Numbered from the whole stretch's first letter, positions 36,914 through 50,706 are shown. The stretch: DNA of 63,592 bases, filler included, from Nemertoderma westbladi (GCA_032718475.1; 4 parts of 4 records of this genome joined end to end with filler, not necessarily neighbours in it); one strand, 5' to 3'. A program made the numbers and translations. The notes: generated by a model from the sequence alone, not told the origin.

Positions 36914-37987
36914 GTGAGTTTCCTTTAAATAAATTTGTAACTGCGTAATTAATACCGGTAGCGCCTACAACAGATTGTGGTGAGTGGTGCAGTTTCGTCC
37001 TGTTCAACCGCATTTTTGGCCGACTGGACTCACACAAATAGTCGGTAAAAGGCAAATTGGAATTTGGTAAGAGGGCACTTATGTAAGCGGATTCCTGGCA
37101 ATGTCGTCCATTTTCTTGCGAAATATTAAAACCCCTTGAAGTAATTTTTGCGCAAAAATACTGTATAGCGTTTTTTAGGCAATTTTCGGGTTTAAAAGGG
37201 CATTTTTTATAAAATCATGTGAAGGATTTACACAGTACTTAAAGACAATTTACTAAAGGCAAAAGGGCATTTGATGGTGCCCTTTCCACCAACTTATATC
37301 GATGATAACATGTCAAGTACTATGCGATAGAAATAAAGAGCTTTCACAGAACTAAAGAGCTTTCACCAGATACCAAATACATTAAACTTGATTGAACCAA
37401 TAAAGATTTGTTTTTAGTGTCTCCTGAACAATTTGTTTATCGAATGCCTTTTTTTGCCTAATGACCGACGAAATGTAGAATCGCATGACCGAACAGTGGG
37501 ACTGGAGGGTGTATAAACGACCTTGGATTGGAACTGGCAGTAACGAGATAGATAATATAAGTTTGGGGCTTATTATTTAAAACAACAATTACACAATGCA
37601 TTATTGTTGAAACGGGATTCAAATCCCGTAAAATCGAAATCCCGGCAAAAACTTTAATCCCGATCCCGACTTTTTGGGACCGAGGGGATCCCAAAGTATA
37701 AAATAGTAAAGTGAATGTAATTAATAAATGCCACAGATACTAAAGTTGATTGACTAACTGTATATTTGAATTAATATGCCAGTAATGCCAAACCATCACT
37801 GATTAATTATATATTAATTTTCAAATAATTTCATAATAAAATGCCATAATATGCCGAATAACTGTATTTAAAAAAATTTAAATTGAATAAAAAAAAAAAT
37901 TCTGATCCCGAAGGTGGCAATCCTTGTCCCCATAATCCCCGAAATCGAATCCCGTTTAAACTCTAAAATTCTACAATATATTTACAG

Positions 37988-38192
37988 AATCTTTTAAATG
38001 AACTTAGTGATAAACTGGGTCCCGAATACGAAGCTTATCTCGAGATATTACTAATCGAACAAGAAGTGTTGGACGCCATGGTCTTGTCTATCATCTGGAA
38101 ACACACCGGGGCGAGGGAAGTTCGTCTCATGGAGATGCTGTGCCACAGACGCAACACCCAGATTAAACTAATTAAAAAGGAATATTTAAAAC
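37988..38192 (+). CDS. Annexin-like gene exon (end of repeat 1 and start of repeat 2); gene cut by the gap at 38416
   Basis: TTTACAG|NLLNELSDKLGPEYEAYLEILL...VLDAMVL...KHTGAREVRLMEMLCHRRNTQIKLIKKEYLK|GTTCGT. Confidence 0.75.
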
Positions 38193-38415
38193 GTTCGTAT
38201 TTACTTATTGTCATTAGTTTATACCAATATTTTAGAACTGAGAATAATTTAAGGGCTGAGCCAAAAAAGGTCCTAATGTGACATTTTCTTAGAATCAGAG
38301 TTATACTCATATAGAGGTCCTATGAGACCTAACTTAACTTACCAATAAGGTTCTGGGATCATATGAACAATACTGCCTGATATCCTGGGTACAGTAAAAA
38401 TCGCATAGTGTAAAA

Positions 38416-38515
38416 NNNNNNNNNNNNNNNNNNNNNNNNNNNNNNNNNNNNNNNNNNNNTTAATTAATTAANNNNNNNNNNNNNNNNNNNNNNNNNNNNN
38501 NNNNNNNNNNNNNNN
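38416..38515. other. Artificial contig spacer
   Basis: 44 N + TTAATTAATTAA + 44 N. Confidence 0.97.
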
Positions 38516-39179
38516 AATTAGTTATCATTTCAAGTATCCAAAGTAACTCTTCAGTTTAATCCAATTATAAGTTTATAATATAAATAGTTATCGATTAGTT
38601 GTATCCTCTTCAGATAATAAATTCCAGTATTTATGATTAACTTTATATAACTATAATGTAAAACAAACCCATACAAGCGATATTTCAGTAATGTTTTTAC
38701 TCTGCTATCTACAAAATAGTTTTTGGAAAGTCAGCCTATCAATACAGATATTCTTTGTTGCATTATAATTAAATAATTTAGTTTAATGGGTAAAATTAGC
38801 AGTTTGTTTATAACTAAGTTGAACAGTGAATTTTCTGAATTAAATGTTTCTAAAATTATTAGTAAAATTTCAAAACGTTTTCACTAAAATTTGTCTAAAT
38901 AATAGTTAAACAAATTACATAATTAAAAAACGTGGCAAAATATAAAAAAAACAAGAATAACACATTACTAGCTAATTGTCTTTAACAACATAAAAATAAA
39001 GACAAGCTATAGACAAGGTAACCATAGCGGAGGCTTGCGTTTGGCTGACTGAGTTTGGGGGCGTGGTGGTTACTATCGTCTGGGTGAGTGTAACCATGCT
39101 ACTCTCGTGACCCCTGAGATTAGTTGCGTTACAGATGTATTCACCAAAGTCGCTAGCGGAAACAGCTTTAACCTGGAGT

Positions 39180-39582
39180 AAACAGTAAATATATATTAAT
39201 AAAACGGTAAATATATATTAAAAAATCAGTAAATATATATTTAAAAAACAGTAAATATATATTAATAAAACAGTAAATATATATAAATAAAACAGTAAAT
39301 ATTTATTAATAAAACAGTAAATATATATTAATAAAACAGTAATAAATATATATTAATAAAACAGTAAATATTTATTAAAATAACAGTAAATATATATTAA
39401 TAAAACACTAAATATATATTAATAAAACAGTAAATATTTATTAAAATAACAGTAAATATATATTAATAAAACAGTAAATATTTATTAATAAAACAGTAAA
39501 TATTTATTAATAAAACAGTAAATATTTATTAATAAAACAGTAAATATTTATTAATAAAACAGTAAATATTTATTAATAAAAC
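39180..39582. repeat. AT-rich 22-bp minisatellite (AAACAGTAAATATATATTAATA), ~18 copies
   Basis: Direct tandem repeat. Confidence 0.92.
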
Positions 39583-39589
39583 ATTACAA

Positions 39590-40135
39590 AACGACGTGTT
39601 AACACACGTTTTGACAACCCGACACCACCCAAAATTAAAGATACTTCGTACATAAGGATAGGTGTCCCATATATAGACGGATTAACGTGCAATTTAGGGA
39701 AACTTTGTACACTGTATGGGATTGAAACGTACTGCATGACAGGACGGAAACTGGGGTCTTATTTACTTAAGGGACACAAGCCAAAGACGCCCCCCATGGA
39801 ACAGTCTACAGCATCCCTTGTGAAAAATGTGACCATGTGTACATTGGACAAACCCAGTACAGCTTAGATGACAGGCTTATACAGCACGACGGGGATATCA
39901 GACACCAGCGTGCAAAAGCCTCTGACTTGGCAGAACACCACGTCAAAACAGGCCATGTGCCCTGCTTCGAACTAGCCAAAGTAATAGGACGGGGGGACAA
40001 AAAAGACAGACGTTGTATCCTAGAAAGCTTACATATTAGGGCTTTAGGTCCAAGAGTCCAAGAGCCATAAATAAGCGTTTGTCAGTAGAAGTCGATCACC
40101 TAAGCGTGGGGGCACTATTGAAATCAAAAGTACTT
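39590..40135 (+). mobile_element. Penelope-like element remnant (linker plus GIY-YIG endonuclease)
   Basis: IGVPYIDGL...LGKL..., VYSIPCEKCDHVYIGQT...RLIQH...LAEHHVKTGH...LESLHI. Confidence 0.85.
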
Positions 40136-40374
40136 TGTAATAGGAAACTGTAACATGGTCCTTTTTTAATGATTAAGATACAGGCCTTTGTAAGTCTGAT
40201 ATATACTTCACTGAAACCTATTTTTTGTATTACTTGATATGGGTACTACATTCGTTTAGCTATCCTACTTGATTCATTACACTGGCGACGAAAAAACTTG
40301 CACTGCAAACTCTTTAGGAAGTTTAAATGTTTAAACGATACCAACTCCAACGACACATAGAGTAATCACTGCTT

Positions 40375-43300
40375 AGGTCGATACTTCGGACAAGTGACAC
40401 CTACTCTCAGTTTTAACGACACCGAGGCGAGGTAAACTCTGACCGACGGCAATACACACCATGTTTATCCTTCATCCTACAGGCGATACTTCGGACAAGC
40501 GACACTTATTCTTAGTTAAACGACACCAAGGCGAGGTAAACTCTGACCGACGGCGATACACATCGCGTTTATCCTTCATCCTACAGGCGATACTTCGGAC
40601 AAGCGACACTTATTCTTAGTTAAACGACACCGAGGCGAGGTAAACTCTGACCGACGGTGATACACACCATGTTTATCCTTCATCCTACAGGCGATACTTC
40701 GGACAAGCGACACTTATTCTTAGTTAAACGACACTGAGGCGAGGTAAACTCTGACCGACGGCGATACACATCGCGTTTATCCTTCATCCTACAGGCGATA
40801 CTTCGGACAAGCGACACTTATTCTTAGTTAAACGACACTGAGGCGAGGTAAACTCTGACCGACGGTGATACACACCATGTTTATCCTTCATCCTACAGGT
40901 GATACTTCGGACAAGCGACACTTATTCTTAGTTAAACGACACTGAGGCGAGGTAAACTCTGACCGACGGTGATACACACCATGTTTATCCTTCATCCTAC
41001 AGGTGATACTTCGGACAAGCGACACTTATTCTTAGTTAAACGACACTGAGGCGAGGTAAACTCTGACCGACGGCGATACACATCGCGTTTATCCTTCATC
41101 CTACAGGCGATACTTCGGACAAGCGACACTTATTCTTAGTTAAACGACACCGAGGCGAGGTAAACTCTGACCGACGGCAATACACACCATGTTTATCCTT
41201 CATCCTACAGGCGATACTTCGGACAAGCGACACTTATTCTTAGTTAAACGACACCAAGGCGAGGTAAACTCTGACCGACGGCGATACACATCGCGTTTAT
41301 CCTTCATCCTACAGGCGATACTTCGGACAAGCGACACTTATTCTTAGTTAAACGACACCGAGGCGAGGTAAACTCTGACCGACGGCGATACACATCGCGT
41401 TTATCCTTCATCCTACAGGCGATACTTCGGACAAGCGACACTTATTCTTAGTTAAACGACACTGAGGCGAGGTAAACTCTGACCGATGGCGATACACATC
41501 GCGTTTATCCTTCATCCTACAGGCGATACTTCGGACAAGCGACACTTATTCTTAGTTAAACGACACTGAGGCGAGGTAAACTCTGACCGACGGTGATACA
41601 CACCATGTTTATCCTTCATCCTACAGGTGATACTTCGGACAAGCGACACTTATTCTTAGTTAAACGACACTGAGGCGAGGTAAACTCTGACCGACGGTGA
41701 TACACACCATGTTTATCCTTCATCCTACAGGTGATACTTCGGACAAGCGACACTTATTCTTAGTTAAACGACACCAAGGCGAGGTAAACTCTGACCGACG
41801 GCGATACACACCACATTTGTTCTCCATTCTACAGGCGATACTTCGGACAAGCGACACTTATTCTTAGTTAAACGACACTGAGGCGAGGTAAACTCTGACC
41901 GACGGTGATACACACCATGTTTATCCTTCATCCTACAGGTGATACTTCGGACAAGCGACACTTATTCTTAGTTAAACAACACCAAGGCGAGGTAAACTCT
42001 GACCGACGGGGATACACATCGCGTTTATCCTTCATCCTACAGGCGATACTTCGGACAAGCGACACTTATTCTTAGTTAAATGACACCGAGGCGAGGTAAA
42101 CTCTGACCGACGGCGATACACATCGCATTTATCCTTCATCCTACAGGCGATACTTCGGACAAGCGACACTTATTCTTAGTTAAACGACACTGAGGCGAGG
42201 TAAACTCTGACTGACGGTGATACACACCATGTTTATCCTTCATCCTACAGGTGATACTTCGGACAAGCGACACTTATTCTTAGTTAAACGACACTGAGGC
42301 GAGGTAAACTCTGACCGACGGTGATACACACCATGTTTATCCTTCATCCTACAGGCGATACTTCGGACAAGCGACACTTATTCTTAGTTAAACGACACTG
42401 AGGCGAGGTAAACTCTGACCGACGGTGATACACACCATGTTTATCCTTCATCCTACAGGCGATACTTCGGACAAGCGACACTTATTCTTAGTTAAACGAC
42501 ACCAAGGCGAGGTAAACTCTGACCGACGGCGATACACACCACGTTTATCCTTCATCCTACAGGCGATACTTCGGACAAGCGACACTTATTCTTAGTTAAA
42601 CGACACTGAGGCGAGGTAAACTCTGACCGACGGTGATACACACCATGTTTATCCTTCATCCTACAGGTGATACTTCGGACAAGCGACACTTATTCTTAGT
42701 TAAACGACACCAAGGCGAGGTAAACTCTGACCGACGGCGATACACATCGCGTTTATCCTTCATCCTACAGGCGATACTTCGGACAAGCGACACTTATTCT
42801 TAGTTAAACGACACCGAGGCGAGGTAAACTCTGACCGACGGCGATACACATCGCGTTTATCCTTCATCCTACAGGCGATACTTCGGACAAGCAACACTTA
42901 TTCTTAGTTAAACGACACTGAGGCGAGGTAAACTCTGACCGACGGCGATACACATCGCGTTTATCCTTCATCCTACAGGCGATACTTCGGACAAGCGACA
43001 CTTATTCTTAGTTAAACGACACTGAGGTGAGGTAAACTCTGACCGACGGTGATACACACCATGTTTATCCTTCATCCTACAGGTGATACTTCGGACAAGC
43101 GACACTTATTCTTAGTTAAACGACACTGAGGCGAGGTAAACTCTGACCGACGGTGATACACACCATGTTTATCCTTCATCCTACAGGTGATACTTCGGAC
43201 AAGCGACACTTATTCTTAGTTAAACAACACCAAGGCGAGGTAAACTCTGACCGATGGCGATACACACCATATTTGTTCTCCATTCTACAGGCGATACTTC

Positions 43301-46300
43301 GGACAAGCGATACTTATTCTTAGTTAAACGACACTGAGGCGAGGTAAACTCTGACCGACAGTGATACACACCATGTTTATCCTTCATCCTACAGGTGATA
43401 CTTCGGACAAGCGACACTTATTCTTAGTTAAACGACACCAAGGCGAGGTAAACTCTGACCGACGGCGATACACACCACATTTGTTCTCCATTCTACAGGC
43501 GATACTTCGGACAAGCGACACTTATTCTTAGTTAAACGACACTGAGGCGAGGTAAACTCTGACCGACGGTGATACACACCATGTTTATCCTTCATCCTAC
43601 AGGTGATACTTCGGACAAGCGACACTTATTCTTAGTTAAACAACACCAAGGCGAGGTAAACTCTGACCGACGGGGATACACATCGCGTTTATCCTTCATC
43701 CTACAGGCGATACTTCGGACAAGCGACACTTATTCTTAGTTAAATGACACCGAGGCGAGGTAAACTCTGACCGACGGCGATACACATCGCATTTATCCTT
43801 CATCCTACAGGCGATACTTCGGACAAGCGACACTTATTCTTAGTTAAACGACACTGAGGCGAGGTAAACTCTGACTGACGGTGATACACACCATGTTTAT
43901 CCTTCATCCTACAGGTGATACTTCGGACAAGCGACACTTATTCTTAGTTAAACGACACTGAGGCGAGGTAAACTCTGACCGACGGTGATACACACCATGT
44001 TTATCCTTCATCCTACAGGCGATACTTCGGACAAGCGACACTTATTCTTAGTTAAACGACACTGAGGCGAGGTAAACTCTGACCGACGGTGATACACACC
44101 ATGTTTATCCTTCATCCTACAGGCGATACTTCGGACAAGCGACACTTATTCTTAGTTAAACGACACCAAGGCGAGGTAAACTCTGACCGACGGCGATACA
44201 CACCACGTTTATCCTTCATCCTACAGGCGATACTTCGGACAAGCGACACTTATTCTTAGTTAAACGACACTGAGGCGAGGTAAACTCTGACCGACGGTGA
44301 TACACACCATGTTTATCCTTCATCCTACAGGTGATACTTCGGACAAGCGACACTTATTCTTAGTTAAACGACACCAAGGCGAGGTAAACTCTGACCGACG
44401 GCGATACACATCGCGTTTATCCTTCATCCTACAGGCGATACTTCGGACAAGCGACACTTATTCTTAGTTAAACGACACCGAGGCGAGGTAAACTCTGACC
44501 GACGGCGATACACATCGCGTTTATCCTTCATCCTACAGGCGATACTTCGGACAAGCAACACTTATTCTTAGTTAAACGACACTGAGGCGAGGTAAACTCT
44601 GACCGACGGCGATACACATCGCGTTTATCCTTCATCCTACAGGCGATACTTCGGACAAGCGACACTTATTCTTAGTTAAACGACACTGAGGTGAGGTAAA
44701 CTCTGACCGACGGTGATACACACCATGTTTATCCTTCATCCTACAGGTGATACTTCGGACAAGCGACACTTATTCTTAGTTAAACGACACTGAGGCGAGG
44801 TAAACTCTGACCGACGGTGATACACACCATGTTTATCCTTCATCCTACAGGTGATACTTCGGACAAGCGACACTTATTCTTAGTTAAACAACACCAAGGC
44901 GAGGTAAACTCTGACCGATGGCGATACACACCATATTTGTTCTCCATTCTACAGGCGATACTTCGGACAAGCGATACTTATTCTTAGTTAAACGACACTG
45001 AGGCGAGGTAAACTCTGACCGACAGTGATACACACCATGTTTATCCTTCATCCTACAGGTGATACTTCGGACAAGCGACACTTATTCTTAGTTAAACGAC
45101 ACCAAGGCGAGGTAAACTCTGACCGACGGCGATACACATCGCGTTTATCCTTCATCCTACAGGCGATACTTCGGACAAGCGACACTTATTCTTAGTTAAA
45201 TGACACCGAGGCGAGGTAAACTCTGACCGACGGCGATACACATCGCATTTATCCTTCATCCTACAGGCGATACTTCGGACAAGCGACACTTATTCTTAGT
45301 TAAACGACACTGGGGCGAGGTAAACTCTGACTGACGGTGATACACACCATGTTTATCCTTCATCCTACAGGTGATACTTCGGACAAGCGACACTTATTCT
45401 TAGTTAAACGACACTGAGGCGAGGTAAACTCTGACCGACGGTGATACACACCATGTTTATCCTTCATCCTACAGGCGATACTTCGGACAAGCGACACTTA
45501 TTCTTAGTTAAACGACACTGAGGCGAGGTAAACTCTGACCGACGGTGATACACACCATGTTTATCCTTCATCCTACAGGCGATACTTCGGACAAGCGACA
45601 CTTATTCTTAGTTAAACGACACCAAGGCGAGGTAAACTCTGACCGACGGCGATACACACCGCGTTTATCCTTCATCCTACAGGCGATACTTCGGACAAGC
45701 GACACTTATTCTTAGTTAAACGACACTGAGGCGAGGTAAACTCTGACCGACGGTGATACACACCATGTTTATCCTTCATCCTACAGGTGATACTTCGGAC
45801 AAGCGACACTTATTCTTAGTTAAACGACACCAAGGCGAGGTAAACTCTGACCGACGGCGATACACATCGCGTTTATCCTTCATCCTACAGGCGATACTTC
45901 GGACAAGCGACACTTATTCTTAGTTAAACGACACCGAGGCGAGGTAAACTCTGACCGACGGCGATACACATCGCGTTTATCCTTCATCCTACAGGCGATA
46001 CTTCGGACAAGCAACACTTATTCTTAGTTAAACGACACTGAGGCGAGGTAAACTCTGACCGACGGCGATACACATCGCGTTTATCCTTCATCCTACAGGC
46101 GATACTTCGGACAAGCGACACTTATTCTTAGTTAAACGACACTGAGGCGAGGTAAACTCTGACCGACGGTGATACACACCATGTTTATCCTTCATCCTAC
46201 AGGTGATACTTCGGACAAGCGACACTTATTCTTAGTTAAACGACACTGAGGCGAGGTAAACTCTGACCGACGGTGATACACACCATGTTTATCCTTCATC

Positions 46301-46745
46301 CTACAGGTGATACTTCGGACAAGCGACACTTATTCTTAGTTAAACAACACCAAGGCGAGGTAAACTCTGACCGATGGCGATACACACCACATTTGTTCTC
46401 CATTCTACAGGCGATACTTCGGACAAGCGACACTTATTCTTAGTTAAACGACACTGAGGCGAGGTAAACTCTGACCGACAGTGATACACACCATGTTTAT
46501 CCTTCATCCTACAGGTGATACTTCGGACAAGCGACACTTATTCTTAGTTAAACGACACCAAGGCGAGGTAAACTCTGACCGATGGCGATACACATCGCGT
46601 TTATCCTTCATCCTACAGGCGATACTTCGGACAAGCGACACTTATTCTTAGTTAAACGACACCAAGGCGAGGTAAACTCTGACCGACGGCGATACACACC
46701 ACATTTGTTCTCCATTCTACAGGCGATACTTTGGACAGACGACAC
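40375..46745. repeat. 104-bp satellite, ~61 copies, with 16-mer and 14-mer higher-order repeats
   Basis: Unit ACAGGCGATACTTCGGACAAGCGACACTTATTCTTAGTTAAACGACACCGAGGCGAGGTAAACTCTGACCGACGGCGATACACATCGCGTTTATCCTTCATCCT; rare variants recur at 1664- and 1456-bp spacing. Confidence 0.98.
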
Positions 46746-46794
46746 ACATTGCTTTACTTGGTAAAAACAACAACTCACATCAGTAGGAGAAATT

Positions 46795-47780
46795 ATGGCG
46801 ACTTTTACTAATGAACAATTCAAAATACTACTGGCTACGTTAGCAGGTACTGCAGGAGCAAATGTTCAACAACATGATCCGGCAGCTCTTGGATCCATAA
46901 AACCATATACTCTTGGATCTGATAAACTGACTCGACACAAACATTTTGACGAATGGTTCAATGAAGCGGAGAACTGGATAATCTACATTGGAACTACAAA
47001 TGACTCATCTAAAATTATACTATTAAAATCTTGGGGTGGTTCGGATCTCGTCGAGTTTATGAAGACTGACGCCAAGGTCCACTTCGAAGATGCTCCTCAA
47101 CAGGCACAATGGCGACTCAATGAGCAGATTCCTACAAACAGATCATAGACAAAACCAAAGCTGAAATGACGAGAATGGTGAATAGAACCATGGCTATATA
47201 CAACCTCTTAACCACAAAACAGGGTAGTCAAGGATGATGGAATTCATAAAAACAGTTGGATAAAAAGGCATACATTCTAAATTTTGATACTCAACCATAC
47301 AGACACAAATATGGTGTTAAATATGCAGTGAGTAAAGGTGCAGCAATATATGGCATGACGGATTCCAGACTGAAAGATAAAATCTCTGGCTGAGGATCCT
47401 GACTTGGAAACCCTTGTCAGATGGGGCCAAGCACGAGAGACTGGAAGATAAGGAGCTATAACCTAGGAGATACAACACATTCCTGAATAAAGCGCATCAG
47501 CAACAATGAATCCTTCCAGAATGATGACGAAAATTAACTAGACTATCTAATTGATACACTGACAATTATGAAATTGAAACCCCAGGGCAAATACAGCATT
47601 CGAAACCAAAGAATGGATCTTCCCCAAACAAGAGAGGGAAAATATAACAGCCAACCAGAAAAATGTAAGGCATGTGCATCGGACCATCCTGCAAGTCGAT
47701 GTCCTGCAAATGGCAAACAGTGCTACTCTTGCAGTGCGGGAATCACTTCAGTAGATCACTCCAGAATCACTCCAGCATGA
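46795..47780 (+). pseudogene. Gypsy gag, disrupted
   Basis: FDEWFNEAENW...KIILLKSWGGSDL; after stops and frameshifts a double Zn knuckle (CKACASDH...CPANGKQCYSC). Confidence 0.7.
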
Positions 47781-47899
47781 CAAAACAAAATAAGGAGAAT
47801 TAACACCCAGCATGTTGAACCTGATCACGATATGACCAAAAGGGAAGATGAAACCTATTTTGAGACCATTTAAGATGTGAGGTGAGTAAATTTCGATAA

Positions 47900-49069
47900 A
47901 AGGACTATTTTATTCTGTATAAAAATTTAAAAAAGTATGTAAAGAGTTTATGGAGATACAACAACTTGCAACAATATCTTATTTTATTAGTCGCCAAAAT
48001 CATATTTAATTATATATTTTATGAAAATTTAGAATACTCATGTGCATCGTATATGACTCTCCTCTTCCATTTAAATGACCTGCATCGATGTTGCTATCCT
48101 TTGTTTTTTTATTTCGTCAAATCGGAACTGAAATTGAATGGTTTTCACTCCTAACGTTTTCTCTTCATTCATAAATTGTTCAATCATTTCACGATGAACT
48201 AATATTCTGTAACATTTACACAGTAAATTCTCATCAATTTTCGGAATTATATATCCATAATATTCTGCTTCATACTTGAATAAGGCACTATTGTATATGC
48301 CAGTATATATTCTTTCTTCATACAAGGTATGGGCATCTTCAATATTGTGTGGTTTGTTTTCTTCAATACTATTTGTGTTCCTGTTTACCATCCGTGCGGC
48401 CCGGCATTTAAAGTCTCCCTCCACGGTTACTACTAAGGCTTCTTCTCGTCTGGTGTGTATATAATAAGAGTGGATCTGGAATCTAATGTAGTCATAATTT
48501 TTCAGCTTCTTTTGGAGTCCATTAATGTGCATGTTAGAAGGCACAGTTAATAAAGAATAACAACTGCAAAGTGGCAATCCGCTAATTATCGGTACAGTAA
48601 ACCAACTCTCATCTTTTATAACTAATTGTACTTGTCCTTTGTATGTTTTACCATCCTATAGCATATCATACTTATACGTTTGCAAACGTTCGCTTTCTCC
48701 AGCTTGGTTAAGGTTAATCTTTTTAGCTATCTCACATGAATCATCATCCTCTATTGAAACACATGTGACATACCGATGACCATTTGTTTTATTATAACTA
48801 TACTGGAATAGAAGCTTTCTGTCTTTAATAGACTGGATCCTGCGACTCTTATTAACATGGATGTTATTATCACGAAAGTATCTAGAATTGTGTTGTAGTT
48901 GGAAACAATATTTAAATAAACTTAGTACACTTATAATATCGGTTAAAATACACAATAAAAAAAAATTTAAATGGTGACCCACTCCACAGTGGTGCCCAAT
49001 AATACAATTATAGTGAGGCAGCACAGTACGATAATATACCAGCTGATAATTGAAGACCGTAAGTAGCAT
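47900..49069 (-). pseudogene. Unidentified AT-rich ORF, one reading frame interrupted by stops
   Basis: ORFs 48656-49069 and 48071-48577 are in the same frame, joined across one TAG by DGKTYKGQVQLVIKDESWFTVPIISG. No family recognised. Confidence 0.45.
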
Positions 49070-49303
49070 CAGGATTCAGTCCAGCAGGGGCTGGTCTATT
49101 GTACACTCCTACAGTACCTACAAGTACTTTAAAATAAATACAACATACAATACAATCCTATATGTAGCTAGAATACAGTAATGTACCGTACCAAATATTC
49201 AGAATATAGCACAATAATGTTATTTGACGCTTCAATAAACTATCTTACACTGGGTGAACATTAAAAGTGAGACCAAGTTCCCGTGCAGCGTTGTTTTAAT
49301 TAA

Positions 49304-49545
49304 TTATGTGATTTCATCATAGCGCATGTGTAGTTCGTAATACTTTTTCTTTGTTGTTGTGTAGTATTCCTTATGAGATTGAATTTGTTTCAGTTTGATA
49401 TCAGTTGAGTTCCATAATTTGATAAGTGAAATTAATAAACTGTTGTGTCCGTAGCTGTTATAGGTCCTTGGTATTTTTATATTTTTGGTACGAGCATTTA
49501 GTATTTGTGGGTCTGTGTGTATATTATTTAGAAATGGTAGTGTTA
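49304..49545 (-). mobile_element. LINE (L2/CR1-like) C-terminal fragment
   Basis: RTKNIKIPRTYNSYGHNSL...IKLWNS, typical of an ORF2 end. Confidence 0.55.
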
Positions 49546-50706
49546 AGGATATATGTCTCTCTGTGGTGGATACCACTGCCTTAGCGAACCTTCTGTTTGT
49601 GTAGAAAGAGCATTTGGGTGTGTTTGGGTGAGGGCTTGACGTAGACCCTGTTGAATACTGGTAGGGTGTATTGGCATAAAGAATTGTTGACTATGTTCTA
49701 CTCCCGGTTGCATATTATAGTGAGTTGGAAGTTCCCCTTGTGGCGTATAAGGAGTTTGAAGCTCACATGGTTGCATGATGGGAGATAGAAGCCCTCCTGC
49801 TTGTATATAGGTAGGTGGAAGCTTTCTCGGTTATATAACTGGAGTTGGAATAAGCCATCTTGGTTGCATGATGGGAGATAGAAGCCCTCCTGGTTGCACA
49901 TAGGTAGTTGTAAGCTCTCTCGGTTGTATAACTGGAGTTTGAAGTACACTTGGTTGCATGAAGGGAGATAGAAGCCCTCCTGGTTGTATGTAGGTAGTTG
50001 GAAGCTCTCTCGGTTGTATAACTGGAGTTTGAAGCTCACTTGGTTGCATGAAGGGAGATAGAAGCCCTCCTGGTTGCACATAGGTAGTTGTAAGCTCTCT
50101 CGGTTGTATAACTGGAGTTTGAAGTACACTTGGTTGCATGAAGGGAGATAGAAGCCCTCCTGGTTGTATGTAGGTAGTTGGAAGCTCTCTCGGTTGTGTA
50201 ACTGGAGTTGGAATAAACCACCTTGGTTGCATGATGGGAGATAGAAGCTCTCCTGGTTGCACATAGGTAGTTGTAAGCTCTCTCTGTTGTATAACTGGAG
50301 TTTGAAGCTCACTTGGTTGCATGAAGGGAGATAGAAGCCCTCCTGGTTGCACATATGTAGTTGGAAGCTCTCTCGGTTGTAAAACTGGAGTTGGAATAAG
50401 CCATCTTGGTTGCATGGCGGGAGATAGAAGCCTTCGTGGTGGTTGCATGAGAGGAATTGGATGCTCTCCCGGTTGCATAACGGGTGCTGGTGGCTCTCGC
50501 TCTCTTGGTTGCATTAGAGGAGTTAGAAGTCCTTCTGGTTGCACAAGGAGACCCGGTAGCTCTCGCTCTCTTGGTTGCATTAGAGGAGTTAGAAGCCCTT
50601 CTGGTTGCACAAGGGGAGCTGGTAGCACACGCTCTCTTGGTTGCATACGTTGGGTTGGGGACCCTGCTCGTTGCAAAATTGTAATTTGAGGCGCATCTCT
50701 TGGCAT
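49543..50706 (-). other. Pro/Gln-rich repetitive reading frame with one internal TAA; ~90-bp tandem repeats
   Basis: MQP/VQP repeats of ~10 aa. ORFs 49831-50706 and 49543-49776 share a frame, and the TAA at 49831 sits where other units have CAA. Confidence 0.5.

Larger units (their letters stand above)
40136..47880 (+). mobile_element. Degenerate Ty3/Gypsy element: short putative 5' LTR (40136-40281), PBS, satellite-expanded leader and gag
   Basis: TGTAAT...ATTACA is followed by C and TGGCGACGA (40283-40291), complementary to the tRNA-Ser(GCU) 3' end. gag starts at 46795. Confidence 0.65.

Noticed and set aside
40375-46745. CRISPR-like array or coding repeat
   Set aside because: No unique spacers and no cas genes, eukaryotic context, unit length 104 is not a multiple of 3, and the short ORFs are by-products.
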